This document shows, piece after piece, positions 62,177 through 64,000 of a stretch of 64,000 nt of DNA. The DNA comes from Octopus sinensis (lineage: Eukaryota): contig NC_043014.1 in the NCBI RefSeq assembly GCF_006345805.1, forward strand, positions 9,610,001 to 9,674,000. The letters are read 5' to 3'. A program made the position numbers and the translations under genes. Positions within the stretch are counted from its first letter, which is position 1. Every line of letters begins with the position of its first letter. The notes below the pieces were generated by a model that saw nothing but the letters and a program-made list of their open reading frames with translations, ran no database searches and was not told the DNA's origin.

Positions 62177-63855
62177 TCAGCATGATAACAGAGTCCAAGA
62201 AGAAGAAGAAGAAGAAGAAGGTGATGATGAGGATTATGATGGAGAAAGAGGAGGAGGAGAAGGAGAAAGAGTTGGTGGAGGAGGAGGGGGAGAGGAGGAT
62301 AAAAACATTATTATTATTAATATTATTATGATTAACACTTTTTACTTTCATGTTAATTATCATGTATATTATACTGTTATTGCCGTGACTATGATGGTTA
62401 TTAATTTCAACACGGGTTGAATATTATGATGGGTATGAAACTTTTGCTCTCCTTAAAATCTAAAATAATGGACAAATATATTATTAAAAAGCTAAGACAC
62501 AAAACTTCCTAAACAAAGGAAGCGATTTTATAAGAACAGTAATAAGGAAACTTGACATATAATATATGCATCACACGCGATTATTACACACAAAATGTAT
62601 CATTGAAATAAAACCTAACATCTAGGTATGAATTATTAATACGGGTGGAAAGTAAAATACATCCAAGGGCGTAATGTAATTTCCGAGATAATTATCAGAA
62701 AAAAAGTGATGTTGTATAGAAAATTGATATCATCATTTTACCGGCGAAATGATAGTTTACAGAAAAATAAAAAAAATAAACTTAAATGTGAAAGTGAGGT
62801 CAAATGATAAACCGAGAAAAATATAAAAAGGAAAAGAGAATAAAATGAAGCTAATTTTATTTAGACATAGATCGACGATGTCTCTGGATTAATCTACAAG
62901 CAACAAAACGTAAAGAACCGCAGTAGGGTAAATGAGAAATTGTATAGTATGACATTAATACGATTATGATATGAAAATAATCTAATATATCGTACAGGAC
63001 CGATGATTATCAAATGTTTAACGCCGAATAATAGAGACCATCATCTACTTGTAACGTCCAAACAGTGAATGGAGTTACAAGGGAAATTTGTAATAATGGA
63101 CGCTGTATTGGAATTATGAATTCCCAGTATACATAAAGTCTATATTCAGCCGCAAATAACATCATAAAGGAGACCTGTCAACGGCAGAGACATAACAAGC
63201 GAAGTAACGAAATGAACGGGAAGACATACTGTAAATGAAGCAAATAAAAGACCATCACAAAGATATAAACAGTGAAATGACACTAGATGGCAGCACATAC
63301 ACAAAGCATGAAATGGTCTAAAAAAGATAAACAGTAATGGCGCTTTACACATATAATAAATTAGCTTTGAAGACAATGAAATCAAAACATATAACAGCAG
63401 GGTAGAGACAAACAGTAGCTTACAACAATGGAAAAGACAGACGTAAAACATAAGGTTTAAATGGTGATTAAAAACAACACAAAACTCTGTTTAATATTTA
63501 ACTTCACACTTAACAACAAACAGATTATAGCCACAAAACATAACACGCCAGTTAACATTGAGGATTATTAGTGCGATAGAGCTAACAGAAATAATGAAAA
63601 GATATTGAAGGGGACAGAATAAAATCGATGAGCATAGTGATGTTGCTATATGAAAGAATAAATATGTTTACTCTGCCCATCGAAAGAAAGTTAGATTATT
63701 ACACTGAATAATAATATAATGGATGCAAAACGGATTTGGTCCAGATAGATCCAATGCATCCTAGCCAACAAAATTCGAAAAATTGTAAAACAAATAAACA
63801 GCAAATAAAAATCAATTGCATCATAACATTGAAAATAAAACGGAGTGATTTATTA

Positions 63856-64000
63856 CTGGAAGCACTCCACTGGTTACGACGACGAGGGTTCCGGTTGATC
63901 CGAATCAACGGAACAGCCTGCTCGTGAAATTAACGTGTAAGTGGCTGAGCACTCCACAGACACGTGTACCCTCAACGTAGTTCTCGGGGATATTCAGCGT
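63856..64000 (-). mobile_element. SINE D 3' part, cut by the window edge
   Basis: GGAAGCACTCC...GGTTACGACGACGAGGGTTCCGGTTGATCCGAATC matches 19425 and 55017. Confidence 0.9.

Overview
AT-rich, microsatellite-dense eukaryotic DNA that is almost entirely repetitive. The SINE families and the extreme (TA)n, (CA)n, (GATA)n and (TAA)n content suggest an octopod cephalopod; this is inference from my recollection of Octopus repeats, not a search. I found no confident host protein-coding exon, tRNA, rRNA or CRISPR array, and most listed ORFs are translations of microsatellites. The recognisable content is transposable elements: four tRNA-derived SINE families (here A-D), non-LTR retrotransposon fragments (RTE, CR1, Tx1/L1-like and an R4/Dong-like element with an intact 518-aa RT/zinc-finger/REL C-terminus), Tc1/mariner remnants, MITEs and non-autonomous Helitrons. 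The most interesting signal is a set of type I hammerhead ribozyme motifs read by eye in several unrelated Penelope-like small elements. One is a 360-nt tandem-plus-inverted monomer carrying a U3-A8 core variant. The best-preserved motifs all have a palindromic stem III. Other highlights are a TAA-microsatellite insertion hotspot with a probable non-autonomous partner, an ORF1-only retroelement sharing its 3' tail with SINE A, and a SINE turning into a higher-order tandem array. Some near-identical duplications differ mostly by homopolymer indels, so assembly or long-read error cannot be excluded. Coordinates were counted by hand and may be off by a few bases.
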